A stretch of DNA of 64,000 bases from an uncultured Alphaproteobacteria bacterium (GTDB lineage: Bacteria > Pseudomonadota > Alphaproteobacteria > SP197). The notes beneath the pieces are model-generated. The model was not told the DNA's origin. It made no database searches and was given only the letters and a program-made list of their open reading frames with translations. Where the stretch lies: the NCBI GenBank assembly GCA_943787175.1, contig CALSLK010000003.1, positions 67,409 through 131,408 of the forward strand. Reading direction: 5' to 3'. A program made the translations under genes and the position numbers. Shown here piece by piece: positions 1 through 10,630 of this stretch. Each line of letters starts with the position of its first letter. The first letter of the stretch is position 1.

Positions 1-76
1 CGGTATGCGACAGGCAAAGAAAAAGCCCGGCAGATGCGTCCTGCCGGGCTTTATGTGTCAACCAGACTTGCCTGGT

Positions 77-280
77 TCATGCGGCGCGGCGCAACTTTGC
101 GCCTCTGGGCCGTGCCGCCAGCTCCAAAGCAATGGAGGGGATGCTGGACGGTTCGACGCCGATGTCTTGCAGCGTGCGGGGGTCCATGCGGCCAAGAGCG
201 GCCATGCGGCGATTTGCACGGTTGTAATGGTGAATCTGGCCGATTGTGCGAGCCATTGAATTGAAGGTACGTGAAAACAT
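77..280 (-). CDS. DUF1127-type small protein
   Basis: Small ORF ending with an RRxxLxxLsDRtLqDIGV-like motif (NRANRRMAALGRMDPRTLQDIGVEPSS). Start taken at the internal Met (MFSRTF). Confidence 0.4.
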   Translation of the reverse strand: MFSRTFNSMARTIGQIHHYNRANRRMAALGRMDPRTLQDIGVEPSSIPSIALELAARPRGAKLRRAA

Positions 281-376
281 GATCCTGCTCCTGTTCGTTG
301 TTGCGTCTGAGGAGGAGATTGCCCTTGTCATGTTTCTGTTGAAGGCTGTTTCAGCGCGTTTGACGTTTCAAATGTT

Positions 377-1015
377 TCAGTAGAGTCCGGTTGTCTCATC
401 ATCGGTGAGCGCGTCATCCAGTTTTTGCACGTCCATCTTCAGTTTTGCATGCTGGACGATGGCAGCCGCCAGGCTGGGAACGCCGGTGAGATCGGGCCAC
501 TGGTCCGGGTTCCACAGGTTCGAGCGGACAACACATTTGGCACAGTGGAAAAACGCGCGTTCGACATGCACGACAATGGCAAAGTCCGGGACCTTGCCCT
601 GGACTGCCATGGAATCACGCAGGGTCTGATCGCGGACAATCTGGGCACGCCCGCCGACACGCAGCGTGTCCTTGCGGCCGGGAACCAGGAAGATCATACC
701 AATCTTGGGATCCCGCAGGATGTTGCGGAAGGTGTCTAGCCGGTTGTTGCCGGGGCGGTCGGGGATGGCCAGCGTATGGGCGTCCAGCACTTTCACGAAA
801 CCAGCAGGGTCGCCCTTGGGTGAGAGATCGACATCGCCCGTGCCACCGCCCGAGGCAATCACGGAGAAGGGTGAGCGTTCGATGAACATCTGGCAGATGT
901 CATCGAGATGGTCGATGACCTTGGTATCGGCGCCGGGATAAACGTCTCCCAGGACGGCCCGAATCTCTTCTTCTGAGCTTATGACATCCTGAAAGCGATT
1001 TGGATCCGACGGCAT
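377..1015 (-). CDS. Pyridoxamine 5'-phosphate oxidase-like FMN-binding family protein
   Basis: 212 aa ORF whose overall similarity pattern matches the PNPOx / general stress protein split-barrel family (GDVDLSPKGD..., GRKDTLRVGGRAQIV). Confidence 0.55.
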   Translation of the reverse strand: MPSDPNRFQDVISSEEEIRAVLGDVYPGADTKVIDHLDDICQMFIERSPFSVIASGGGTGDVDLSPKGDPAGFVKVLDAHTLAIPDRPGNNRLDTFRNILRDPKIGMIFLVPGRKDTLRVGGRAQIVRDQTLRDSMAVQGKVPDFAIVVHVERAFFHCAKCVVRSNLWNPDQWPDLTGVPSLAAAIVQHAKLKMDVQKLDDALTDDETTGLY

Positions 1016-1071
1016 GGCGTTCTCCCGCGTTGATGCCGGTTTTGTTTAGTCAAAGTGAGAACGATTCGCAA

Positions 1072-1443
1072 TCATTGCGGTGCTGATGTAGACCCGAACA
1101 TGTCCCATATAAGCGCGGCAACCTCGCCTTCGAGTGGGAAGGAGAGCATGCCAAGAACCGAATATCCCAGGACCCAGGGCACGATGTAGAAGCGGATGAT
1201 GAAGAAGAACCAAGCGACATAGAGCGGGATCAGAGGCGCGACCAGAAAACCCGGCGTGATCGGCTTGAACGCCATAAGGAACGGATCGGTCATCTTCACG
1301 AAGGCTTTCATGAAGAAGAAATCTGATTGGATGGGCAGAAAGAGGTTCATGGCGGCCCGCCCGATCAGGGTCCACATGATGATGCCAAGGAGGTAGTCGA
1401 GGGCGACAATCCACCAGGGTAGAACGCTGGCAAGGCTTTCCAT
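1072..1443 (-). CDS. YggT family membrane protein
   Basis: 123 aa, four hydrophobic segments, YggT/Ycf19-like sequence. Confidence 0.6.
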   Translation of the reverse strand: MESLASVLPWWIVALDYLLGIIMWTLIGRAAMNLFLPIQSDFFFMKAFVKMTDPFLMAFKPITPGFLVAPLIPLYVAWFFFIIRFYIVPWVLGYSVLGMLSFPLEGEVAALIWDMFGSTSAPQ

Positions 1444-1472
1444 GAAACCGGGCTTTCTTTGATCTTTCGTGG

Positions 1473-1515
1473 GTAAAAAAAAAAACGGGGCAGGGCGTTT
1501 CCACCCTGCCCCGAA
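1473..1515 (-). terminator. Rho-independent terminator downstream of actP
   Basis: On the minus strand a GC hairpin (CGGGGCAGGG-TGGAAAC-GCCCTGCCCCG) is followed by an 11-T run. It lies just past the end of the actP reading frames at 1533. Confidence 0.55.
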
Positions 1516-1532
1516 TGTCAGTTTCCGGCCAA

Positions 1533-3381
1533 CTAGTGGTTTTCGGCCAGGATCGTATCGCCTGTCGGGATACGGGTCTCGTCAACCATGGCCTGGATCT
1601 CTGCATCAGGCTCTGGCGTCATGAGCGACACCGCGACCATCGCGACCAGGGCTAACCGGCGCATGCCGATCATGCCGAACCGCAGGTGGTCGATGCCCAT
1701 CCATGAGCGGATCGCCACCGGTGTAGACGTAGTAGAGGTACGCCGAACCGGCGACCAAAGCCGAGCTGCCATGCCGGCTACCGCGCCCGCGTCGGTTCGC
1801 CCGTCTTCCACCAGATCGCCGAGGACCAGCGGGAAGAACAGCCCCGAACATGGCGAAGCAGAACGCCCAGGCCACCGCGCCCAGGATCCCGGTCAGCTTG
1901 CAGGGACTGGCAACCGCGCGCACGCCGCCGCCCCGATCACCAGCAGCAGGATACGGGCCACCATCAAGGCGCTGCTTCGTTTCCGCCTTGCGGGTCGATG
2001 ATCTTGTAGTAGAGATCGTGGCTCAGCGCGTTCGCGATCGCCAGCAGCAGGCCGTCGGCAGTCGACATGGCTGCTGCCATGCCACCGGCGGCGACAAGGC
2101 CGGAAATCACATACGGCAGACCGGCGATCTCTGGGGTCGCCAGCACGACAATGTCGGGCCGCATGAAGAACTCGTTGAGCTGAACCGTTCCGTTGCCGTT
2201 GGAGTCGACAATGCCGACCATCCCGACTTCCATCCAGTTCTGGATCCACTCCAGGCTCAGGACATGTTCGACCGATTGGCCGATGACCGCCGTTGCAAGG
2301 GTGGGATCAAGAAGCTGCAACTTCGTGAGCGTGGCAAGGGCCGGCGCCGTGAAGTACAGCAGGAAGATGAAGAACAGCGAAAAGGCCACCGACTTGCGTG
2401 CTGAACGCACAGACGGTGTCGTGAAGTAGCGCATGAGAATATGCGGCAGCGATGCCGTTCCAGCCATCATGCACAGGGCAAGTGTAACGAACTTCCACGA
2501 ATCAAACCCGCCCTGGGGGTCGAAATGCGGTGTTGTGAGAACCTTCAGGCTGCCCATAGCCTCCTGTGCGGCTGCAGCTGCTGGCTCTAGGCCGTATTCA
2601 GCTTGCAGTTCGGCGATGCGTTGTGCCGCCTCGCCATAAGTAAAATGCGGGACGATACCAAAGCCCTGAGCATTGGACATCCAGATGACCGGCACCAGAT
2701 AGGCGATGATCAGCACGATGTACTGGGCGACCTGGGTCCATGTCACGCCGCGCATACCACCCAGCATGGAGCAGAGCAGGATGCCCAGTAGTCCGAACCA
2801 CACACCAATCTCGAATGGAATGGCCAGAGCACGTGAGGCAATGGTGCCCGTGGCATTGATCTGCGCCGTCACATAGGTGAACGACGCAACCACCAGCACG
2901 ATTACGGCGCAAAGGCGCGCCATGTTGCCGCCATACCGGGTGCCGATGAAGTCCGGCACCGTGTAGCAGCCGAACTTGCGCAGGTACGGGGCCATCAACG
3001 CGTTCACCAGCACGTAACCGCCGGTCCAGCCGACGACGAAGCCCAGATATGCCGTGACCACCGAAATAGATGCCGCCGGCCAGCGCCACAAACGAGGCGC
3101 ACCGGACATCCAGTCCGCCGCCGTCGCCATGCCGTTGATACAGCGGGCGGTACTTCCCGGCCCGCGACGTAGTAGGCGCCCACCTCCATCGTCCGCGACA
3201 GCCAGCCGATGCCCGCGTAGATGACCAGGGTGAACAGCAGGAAGAGGATACCAATCAGACGCGCGCCGGCGCCAAAGGATTCCAGAACTGCCATGAGGGC
3301 GAAAAACGCGAGGAAACCTAGGGTGTACAGCGCATACACCTTACCCAGATTATCGATGAAACTTGAACTTTTGTTACTCAT
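1533..3381 (-). pseudogene. actP: Cation/acetate symporter ActP (sodium:solute symporter family), interrupted by at least two frame changes
   Basis: The N-terminus (MSNKSSSFIDNLGKVYALYTLGFLAFFALMAVLESFGAG...) lies in ORF 3004-3381. The core SSS-family body is in ORF 1964-3130 and the C-terminus in ORF 1533-1811, in three different frames. Either a pseudogene or indel errors. Confidence 0.7.
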
Positions 3382-3436
3382 GACGAGCCCTCCAACGATT
3401 CGCCGGCGTCGTATTCATCATCGATTTTGTCCTGGA

Positions 3437-3655
3437 TCATGTTTGAACAATGATCAGCAGAACAAAAACGATGAGCGAGCCTTGGACGATCATGTAATAG
3501 CCCAGTTCGAATCCAAGGAACGAAAAGGCGTCAAGTTCCTTGGCGAACCAAGGTACGATGAATCCAAAAGTGAACCAGATAGCAAGGACGATGTACGTCA
3601 AGCGTGACGTCTTCTTCCAATGGACTTTCCGCCTTGCGGCGTTGTCTTCCGACAT
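3437..3655 (-). CDS. DUF4212 small membrane protein, the usual partner of ActP-type symporters
   Basis: 72 aa with two TM helices, immediately upstream of and co-directional with actP. This pairing is conserved. Confidence 0.7.
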   Translation of the reverse strand: MSEDNAARRKVHWKKTSRLTYIVLAIWFTFGFIVPWFAKELDAFSFLGFELGYYMIVQGSLIVFVLLIIVQT

Positions 3656-3805
3656 GTCCGTCTCCTCCCCTCATTGATGACGCTGCCACATACTCCCTTT
3701 GCCAATTCTGCTAGGCGCCAGACCCCAGCCGACAGAATTAGATTGTGACAGTTGCAGGAACTATACTCGAAAAATGAAGTGTTTTGAAGCCATCGGAGCC
3801 GCGGG

Positions 3806-4461
3806 ATGATTGCCAGACTGCTCTCACGTCTGCCCGGACCACTTAGCTCTCTTGCTGTGCGGTTCCAGATGCAGCGCATTGACTCCACGGAAGCTCTTGC
3901 CGAGTTTGTGGGAACCCGTTCAGCGTATGTCACGCAAACGGCACTCTACGGCTATCTCAAAACCCGGATGGGCACACAGTTCACGCGCTACTTCGAGGAC
4001 GGCGTGTTCTCCGAAGCAATTCGTGGTGCAGCCGAGAAGCAGTTTCGGTCCGGTCTTTGTGACCTCGCCGTTTTTGCTGCGGCAACGGCAAACACGGGTC
4101 GTAATCTCTCCGATGATCAGGTTTCGGCGCTGGCCATGCATTGTTTCATTGAGGGACATCAGCGTGCTTGCCTGAAGGTGGCTCAACGGTGATCCCTGAA
4201 GATGTTCTGGGCGGATTCCAGACTCGTCTGGCGCATGCCGATTGGATCTGGGAAGCAGAAGGGCGTCACGCTTTTGCCCGTAGCGAGGCTGACTTGATCC
4301 GTAATGCCCCGGTGATCGATCAGTACAAGAAGGAAGATGAAGAGATCGTGACCAACTCCATCCGCTTCCGCTGGCGGGACATCAGGGAACAGCTGCGCAC
4401 CAGGATCGAAAGGGATGCGTTGTGTGAAGACTGGCGGTCTCTCGGCAACAAGACGGGCTGA
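3806..4461 (+). CDS. Hypothetical protein, two overlapping ORFs that may be one frameshifted gene
   Basis: ORFs 3806-4192 and 4168-4461 overlap by 24 nt in different frames. No recognisable family. Confidence 0.3.
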
Positions 4462-4477
4462 TGGAACGGAGTGTCTG

Positions 4478-5882
4478 ATGTCTCAGAGACAGCAACTCAG
4501 ACGATCCAATGCTCTTAAGGGCGTCCTGATCTGCATGGCGCTTGCTGCCCTGGCTTCCGGTATTCTGCTGATCCTGATCGTGGTCTCGTCCACTGCCGGA
4601 AATCGGAGTCATGTAACCGTGATCGCGGGGGGGCTGCATGATCGTTCTGATCGGTGCCTTCTGGTTTGCCATCCATCTTGTGAGAGGCTGGCAGCAAGAC
4701 CTGCAACGTCTCAGGGGAGCATTGTTACTGGCGCACGACCAGCCGGACTCCTTCAACGAACATGTGGTGCGCCTGGTTGAGAGTCAGGACCTGACGATGC
4801 TGGCAGAGACACTCGATCACATTCGGGCCCGCCGGCATGCCCGTCAGGTGGTGGCCGAAGAGCGCCTTGCTGCTGTGTTGGAGGCCATGCCAACCGCCAT
4901 CGTTGTCATCACCGGTCGCGGACTGGTCAGTCTGGTTGATGCCGCTGCAAAGCAGGTGTTGCCGTCCCAAGCCATTGCATCCGGCACGAGCATTTATGCC
5001 GCCTTGCGGCGCGAAAGCCTTGAGGCTGTGCTGCGGGACGCCGGCATGGGTCCTGGGCCGATCAAGGCCACGCTGACGACGACCGATGACCGCAAGCTCT
5101 CCGCGACGATTTCACGGTTGGGTGCAAGCGGTGGTTTTGTCCTGATCTTTGATGGCAACACCCAAGATGGATCTCCGGCAGCGCTCGAATATGACCTCGC
5201 GCTGCATGATGGTGTGCCCGAGGCAGGGCCCGCACATGCAGATACCACCCTCGAAGAGCTCCCGCTTCTTGCCTTGGATTGCGAAACCACCGGGCTTGAT
5301 CCTGCTGTGGATCGTGTGGTCTCGATTGGCGCTGTGCTGGCGCACGGCAGGCGTGTCTTTGTTCATGATAATCGCGACACCCTGGTGAAACCTGATGTTT
5401 CCATCCCGCCCAGTTCAACGGCGATCCACGGGATTGATGATGCCATGGTTGCTGGCGCCGGCGATGTTGCCGAAGAACTCCGGCAACTGGCGCAGATGGC
5501 TGCCGGACGGGTCGTTCTTGGACATAACATCGGCTTCGATCTGGCTGTTATGAGCGCAGAGGCCGCGCGCAACGGTGTTGTCTGGGAAACCCCGCTTGCC
5601 CTCGATACCAGCCAGCTTGTTGCAGCGTTGGAACCTGCCATGCAGCAGCTTGATCTTGACCGGGTGGCAGAACGCTTCGGCGTTGTGATTGCGGGCCGTC
5701 ACACCGCACTTGGTGATGCTCTTGTGGCTGCGGACCTGTTTTCGCGCCTGATACCGCTTCTGCATGACCGGGGTGTCAACACGCTGGGTGAAGCCTGGGC
5801 GTTTTCAGGCAAGGCCAAGGGGTTGCGCATGCGCCAGAAGCAGGCCGGATGGCACAGCGTTGGGGGAAGGGATGACGGCTGA
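4478..5882 (+). CDS. Membrane-anchored PAS-domain protein fused to a DEDDh (DnaQ/Pol III epsilon-like) 3'-5' exonuclease, probably frameshifted at a G7 run near 4628
   Basis: Exonuclease motifs are LALDCETTGLDP (Exo I), HNIGFDLAVM (Exo II) and HTALGDALVAADLF (Exo III). A PAS-like segment precedes them (LEAMPTAIVVITGRGLVSLVDAAAKQVL). Hydrophobic TM segments sit at the N-terminus. The first TM is in ORF 4415-4780 in another frame. Confidence 0.6.
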
Positions 5883-7033
5883 CCTTCTGGCGCGGATCGA
5901 TCCCTATCCCTATCGTCACAGGGTTCGTGAGGTGATGCGCAGCGAGCCGGTGTTCGTAGAAGCCGATATGTCCGTGGGTGAGGCCATTACGGTGATGATG
6001 TCGCGCAACATCTCGTCGGTTCTTGTCGCGTCGGGGCAGGGCACAGACGGCATAGGAATTGTGACCGAGCACGATGCCTTGCGGGCCATCGCTGGAGATG
6101 GCGAAAGCGGCCTTGCACGGCCATGTCGAGAGGTCATGTCGCACCCGCTTTTTCGTGTTTCTGCTGATGACTATCTCCACGTTGCCATCGGACGCATGGC
6201 AAGGCTTGGCCTTCGCCATCTCGTTGTCTGCGATGAAAAGGATGCGGTCTGCGGCATTGTGACCTCCCGCGCGCTGGTCAAACACCGATCGGTCCATGCG
6301 CTGATGATCGGTGATGAGTTACGTGCAGCAGGTTCCGTTGATGCACTAAAGGCTGCGCATGATCGGCTGGTGGGCATGGCTCAGGGCTTGCTTGGCGATC
6401 AGGTAACCGCATCGACCATTGCTGCCGTCATTGCCGGGTTTTATCGCGATCTCACCAGGCGAGCCATGGAGTTGGCCGAACAGGAGTGTGGCGTTAGCCT
6501 GCCGCCTGAATGTTGATATCTTCTTTGATCTGGTGCGGGTGCACGGAGACCGCGAGTTGGTCGATACCTTGCGTCAGCATGCTCTGGACGAGGCTGCCAA
6601 ACCCTTGTTGCCGCGAATGATGGCTGCTGAGGTCATGGATTATCGTCCGCCGTTGAGCCTCTTTGGACGGTTTCAACTTCAGAAGGGGCGTCTTGATCTC
6701 AAGATCGAGGGTCTCTTTCCGCTTGTGGCCGGCGCGCGTGCCATGGCGCTTGCGCATCGTGTGGAAGCTACGGGAACACGCGCAAGGCTGGCTGCCGTCG
6801 CTGAGCTTAGCTTGATGGGCTCAGGCGATCTTGAGCGGTTCGGAAAAGCACACGAACTGTTTCTGGAGTTGATCCTGCGCCAGCAGATCGAAGATATGGC
6901 CGCTGGGAAAACGCCGGGCTCACTGGTTGATGTCAGCGGACTACCGCGTGCAGCCCGACGACACCTGAAAGTGGCCTTGCGTGATATCGCACACCTGCCG
7001 CAGCTGGTGCTTGATGTCGCGGCCCGTGGCTGA
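5872..7033 (+). pseudogene. CBS-pair / DUF294 (putative nucleotidyltransferase) signalling protein, frame change near 6480-6516
   Basis: A CBS pair (VMRSEPVFVEADMSVGEAI..., LRHLVVCDEKDAVCGIVTSRAL) lies in frame 1. A DUF294_C-like C-terminal domain lies in frame 2. The nucleotidyltransferase motif region appears degraded. This is the classic neighbour of actP/exonuclease loci. Confidence 0.55.
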
Positions 7034-7082
7034 CCAGCGTCCTCTGTGGTAGGAGCCGCTGATGAAATCTGGAGATCAGTAG

Positions 7083-8504
7083 ATGTTTATCGATGGTGCC
7101 TGGCAGGAGATGGAACGCCGGTTTGATATCACCAATCCGGCCGATGGGTCCGTGCTGGAAAGTATTGGTGACGGCGGAGCAGAAGAGGCGACGCAGGCAG
7201 TTGAAGCCGCGCATGCGGCATTTGCCGGCTGGGCCGGAACAACGGCCTATGAGCGGGCTGCTATTCTTTCGCGTGCCCACAAGATCATGCTGGAGCGCCG
7301 CGACGAACTTGCCCGCACCATGACGCTCGAGCAGGGCAAGCCCCTGCGCGCGGCAACCCTTGAAGTGGGCTACGGGGCAGATTTTCTGTCGTGGTTTGCC
7401 GAAGAAGCCAAACGCATCGAAGGACGCACCATTCCCTCGGCCCGGCGCGACCAGCGTTTTCTGGCGATCCGTCAGCCGGTCGGTGTGGTCGCTGCCATCA
7501 CGCCGTGGAATTATCCGGTCTCGATGATCACGCGCAAGGTGGCTCCGGCATTGGCGGCAGGCTGTACGGTTGTCCTGAAACCCGCTGAAGCCACGCCGCT
7601 GACGGCCGTGGCGATGATGCGTGTGTTCGAGGATGCGGGGGTGCCCAAGGGTGTTGTGAACCTGGTGACCTGCAGCGATCCCCGCCCGGTGGGTGATGTC
7701 TTTGTGAATCATCCCAAGGTGCGCAAGCTGACGTTCACGGGCTCGACGGCGGTCGGCAAGATGCTGGCCGGCAAGGCTGCGGCCAACATGAAGCGGGTGT
7801 CCTGCGAGCTGGGAGGCCATGCGCCGTTCCTGGTGTTCGAGGATGCCGATCCCGTGCATGCCGCCAAGGGCGCGCAACTGGTGAAATTCCTCAACACGGG
7901 GCAGGCCTGCATCAGCCCAAACCGGATCTTCGTACATCGTGCCAATCTTGAGCCATTTGTGGCGACGCTGACCGAACGTGTCGCCAAACTGAAGGTTGGT
8001 AGTGGACTGGATGAAGGTGTTGCCATTGGCCCGCTGGTCAACGAAGCAGCGGTCGAAAAGATGTCCAGGCAGGTCGAAGACGCACGTGATCGCGGTGCCG
8101 GTGTCGCCTGTGGCGGCAGCCGACTCACTGATGGAGGCCTGGATCGCGGGCACTTTTATGCGCCGACAGTTCTGACCGACGTCACGCCTGACATGCTCAT
8201 CTATCGTGAAGAAACCTTTGGCCCTATCGCGCCAATCATTCCCTTCGAGGATGAATCCGAAGTGATCGCCATGGCCAACGACACCGAATACGGTCTGGCG
8301 GCCTATATCTACACCCGTGATATCGCGCGGGCGTTCCGCACATTCGAGGCACTCGACTTCGGGATCATCGGGATCAACGACATCAATCCGACCTCTGCGG
8401 CGGCACCCTTTGGCGGCATGAAAGATAGTGGGCTAGGGCGCGAAGGCTCCCATGAGGGGCTGGACGAGTATCTCGAAACCAAACTGGGCGGCTTTGCAAT
8501 CTGA
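7083..8504 (+). CDS. gabD: NAD(P)-dependent aldehyde dehydrogenase, succinate-semialdehyde dehydrogenase-like
   Basis: 473 aa with ALDH-family hallmarks: a catalytic Cys region (GQACISPNR) and a Glu region (VSCELGGHAPFLVF). The best fit is GabD-type SSADH. Confidence 0.75.
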   Translation: MFIDGAWQEMERRFDITNPADGSVLESIGDGGAEEATQAVEAAHAAFAGWAGTTAYERAAILSRAHKIMLERRDELARTMTLEQGKPLRAATLEVGYGADFLSWFAEEAKRIEGRTIPSARRDQRFLAIRQPVGVVAAITPWNYPVSMITRKVAPALAAGCTVVLKPAEATPLTAVAMMRVFEDAGVPKGVVNLVTCSDPRPVGDVFVNHPKVRKLTFTGSTAVGKMLAGKAAANMKRVSCELGGHAPFLVFEDADPVHAAKGAQLVKFLNTGQACISPNRIFVHRANLEPFVATLTERVAKLKVGSGLDEGVAIGPLVNEAAVEKMSRQVEDARDRGAGVACGGSRLTDGGLDRGHFYAPTVLTDVTPDMLIYREETFGPIAPIIPFEDESEVIAMANDTEYGLAAYIYTRDIARAFRTFEALDFGIIGINDINPTSAAAPFGGMKDSGLGREGSHEGLDEYLETKLGGFAI

Positions 8505-8926
8505 TGTCTGATCAAACCGTGTTTGTCCTCGACCCCAGATTGGAAGGTGATTCCGTTCCTGTTTGCGACCTTGGCCTCTGTACGGTGCGACTGATGAACG
8601 ATGCACGGTTTCCCTGGGTCATCCTGGTTCCACGCATCGCAGGCCTGGTCGAACTGATCGACCTTTCGGAAGCGGATCGCCGAACGGTGACCGATGAAAT
8701 CGACCGTGTGACACGTGCGTTATCATCGCACACCAGCGCCGAGAAGATGAATGTGGCTGCGTTGGGCAACATGGTCCGTCAGCTTCATGTGCACGTGATT
8801 GCGCGATTTGCTGGTGATGCGGCATGGCCGGGGCCGATCTGGGGTGTGGGAACGGCGCAGGCCTATGTCGAAGGTGACAGAATGGAACGGGTGGATGCTT
8901 TGAAAGCAGCGCTAATCGGCGCGTGA
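8504..8926 (+). CDS. HIT (histidine triad) family protein
   Basis: 140 aa with the HxHxHxx motif (QLHVHVIAR). Confidence 0.7.
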   Translation: MSDQTVFVLDPRLEGDSVPVCDLGLCTVRLMNDARFPWVILVPRIAGLVELIDLSEADRRTVTDEIDRVTRALSSHTSAEKMNVAALGNMVRQLHVHVIARFAGDAAWPGPIWGVGTAQAYVEGDRMERVDALKAALIGA

Positions 8927-8958
8927 TGCCCAGGTTGAATCCGGTTTAGGGTGGCTTC

Positions 8959-10563
8959 ATGAAATCGGAAAACGAATACGACTACATTATTGTCGGTGCG
9001 GGGTCGGCGGGTTGCGTGCTTGCCAATCGATTGTCTGAGGATCCCGATTGTCGCGTCCTGGTTCTTGAGGCCGGGGCAAAAGACTGGAGCCCGATGATCC
9101 GTATGCCAATCGGTGAAATCTTCACCGTGGGCAGCCGCTATGACTGGAAATTCGTGTCAGAGCCGGAACCCATGCTTGATGGTACCCGTGTGGGCCTGCC
9201 CCGTGGGCGTGTGCTGGGTGGGTCTTCGTCCATCAATGGTCAGCTCTACGTGCGTGGCCATGAACGTGATTATGACGAGTGGGCGCAGCTTGGCTGCAGG
9301 GGCTGGTCGTTTGATGATGTCTTGCCCTGCTTCAAGAAGTCAGAGCGCTGGAAGGGGCCTCAGAGCGAGCGGCGCGGCACCGATGGCCCCTTGCGAACGG
9401 CGTTGGGGCGCTATGACAATCCGCTCTACAGCGCCTTTCTGAAAGCCGGTCAGGAGATCGGCTATTCCCTGACGGAAGATTTCAACGGCGATGTGCAGGA
9501 AGGTTTTGGTCTTTCCCAATATACTCATGCGCACTGGTTCCCGCTGCGTCACTCCTCGGCCAACGCCTATCTACGTCCGGCCAAGCGGCGCCGCAATGTC
9601 ACGGTCCTGACGGATGCGCGGGCACTGAAGCTGATTCTGGAGGGTGACACCTGCAAGGGCGTGTTGTGCGATGTGCGCGGGGAGATCAAGACGCTGCGTG
9701 CGACGCGCGAGGTCGTTCTGGCAGCAGGTGCCTATCAGTCACCCCAGCTCCTGATGTTATCGGGGATCGGTGACCCCGATCATCTGCGCGAGCTTGGCAT
9801 TGACGTGACCTGCCCGCTGTCTGGTGTCGGTGCCAACCTTCAGGATCACTTTGGTTCGATGGTGCAGCATCGGTGTACCCAGCCGATTACCTATCATCGC
9901 CTGCGCAATCCCCTGAAATTGGCTGCAGCGGTGCTGCAACTGGGTTTGACACGCAGCGGTCCGCTTGCCGTATTCCCGATGAATGCACAGGCCTATGTGA
10001 AATCCGACCCTGCGCTGGAACGTCCAGATCTGCAGTTCTTCATGTTCCCGGTCGCAGTCCAGCCTGACAGTGATGATCTGCACTACTCTGGCTACAGCGG
10101 GTACAACATCCATTGGGCGATTCTGCGCCCACGGTCCATCGGCTCGGTCAGACTGCGTTCAGCGTCGCCCTATGATGCGCCGGTCATCCGGCACAATTAT
10201 CTGGCTGATCCCGAGGATCGCAGGCTCAACCGTGAGGCCTTCCACATTGCGCGCCGAATTCATGCCGCCAGTGCATTCGATGCATATCGGGGTGAAGAGG
10301 TTGATCCGGGGCCCGAATGCATCAGCGATGCTGACATTGACCGTCATGTCGCCCGGTTCCATTCGACCCATTACCACCCGGCAGGAACCTGCAAGATGGG
10401 GATCGACGACCATGCCGTGGTTGATCCAAAGCTCAAGGTGCGGGGAATCGAAGGACTGCGCGTTGTCGATGCCTCGATCATGCCGCGTCTGGTTGGTGGT
10501 AATACGAATGCACCAACCATGATGATCGGCGAGCGTGCTGCCGAACTGATTGCACAGGGCTGA
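8959..10563 (+). CDS. GMC family oxidoreductase (choline dehydrogenase-like)
   Basis: N-terminal FAD fold DYIIVGAGSAGCVLANRLSE, GMC signatures and a C-terminal HPAGTCKMG motif. 534 aa. Confidence 0.85.
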   Translation: MKSENEYDYIIVGAGSAGCVLANRLSEDPDCRVLVLEAGAKDWSPMIRMPIGEIFTVGSRYDWKFVSEPEPMLDGTRVGLPRGRVLGGSSSINGQLYVRGHERDYDEWAQLGCRGWSFDDVLPCFKKSERWKGPQSERRGTDGPLRTALGRYDNPLYSAFLKAGQEIGYSLTEDFNGDVQEGFGLSQYTHAHWFPLRHSSANAYLRPAKRRRNVTVLTDARALKLILEGDTCKGVLCDVRGEIKTLRATREVVLAAGAYQSPQLLMLSGIGDPDHLRELGIDVTCPLSGVGANLQDHFGSMVQHRCTQPITYHRLRNPLKLAAAVLQLGLTRSGPLAVFPMNAQAYVKSDPALERPDLQFFMFPVAVQPDSDDLHYSGYSGYNIHWAILRPRSIGSVRLRSASPYDAPVIRHNYLADPEDRRLNREAFHIARRIHAASAFDAYRGEEVDPGPECISDADIDRHVARFHSTHYHPAGTCKMGIDDHAVVDPKLKVRGIEGLRVVDASIMPRLVGGNTNAPTMMIGERAAELIAQG

Positions 10564-10630
10564 TACGACCGTTGAACTGGGGTGTGGTTTTGATGCAAAA
10601 AGGCTTCTGGCAGGCAGGTGCGATTCCCAG

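Noticed and set aside
6933-8153. 406-aa ORF on the minus strand
   Set aside because: Fully antisense to the well-supported gabD-like ALDH gene. Long antisense ORFs are expected in high-GC DNA, and it has no family signature.
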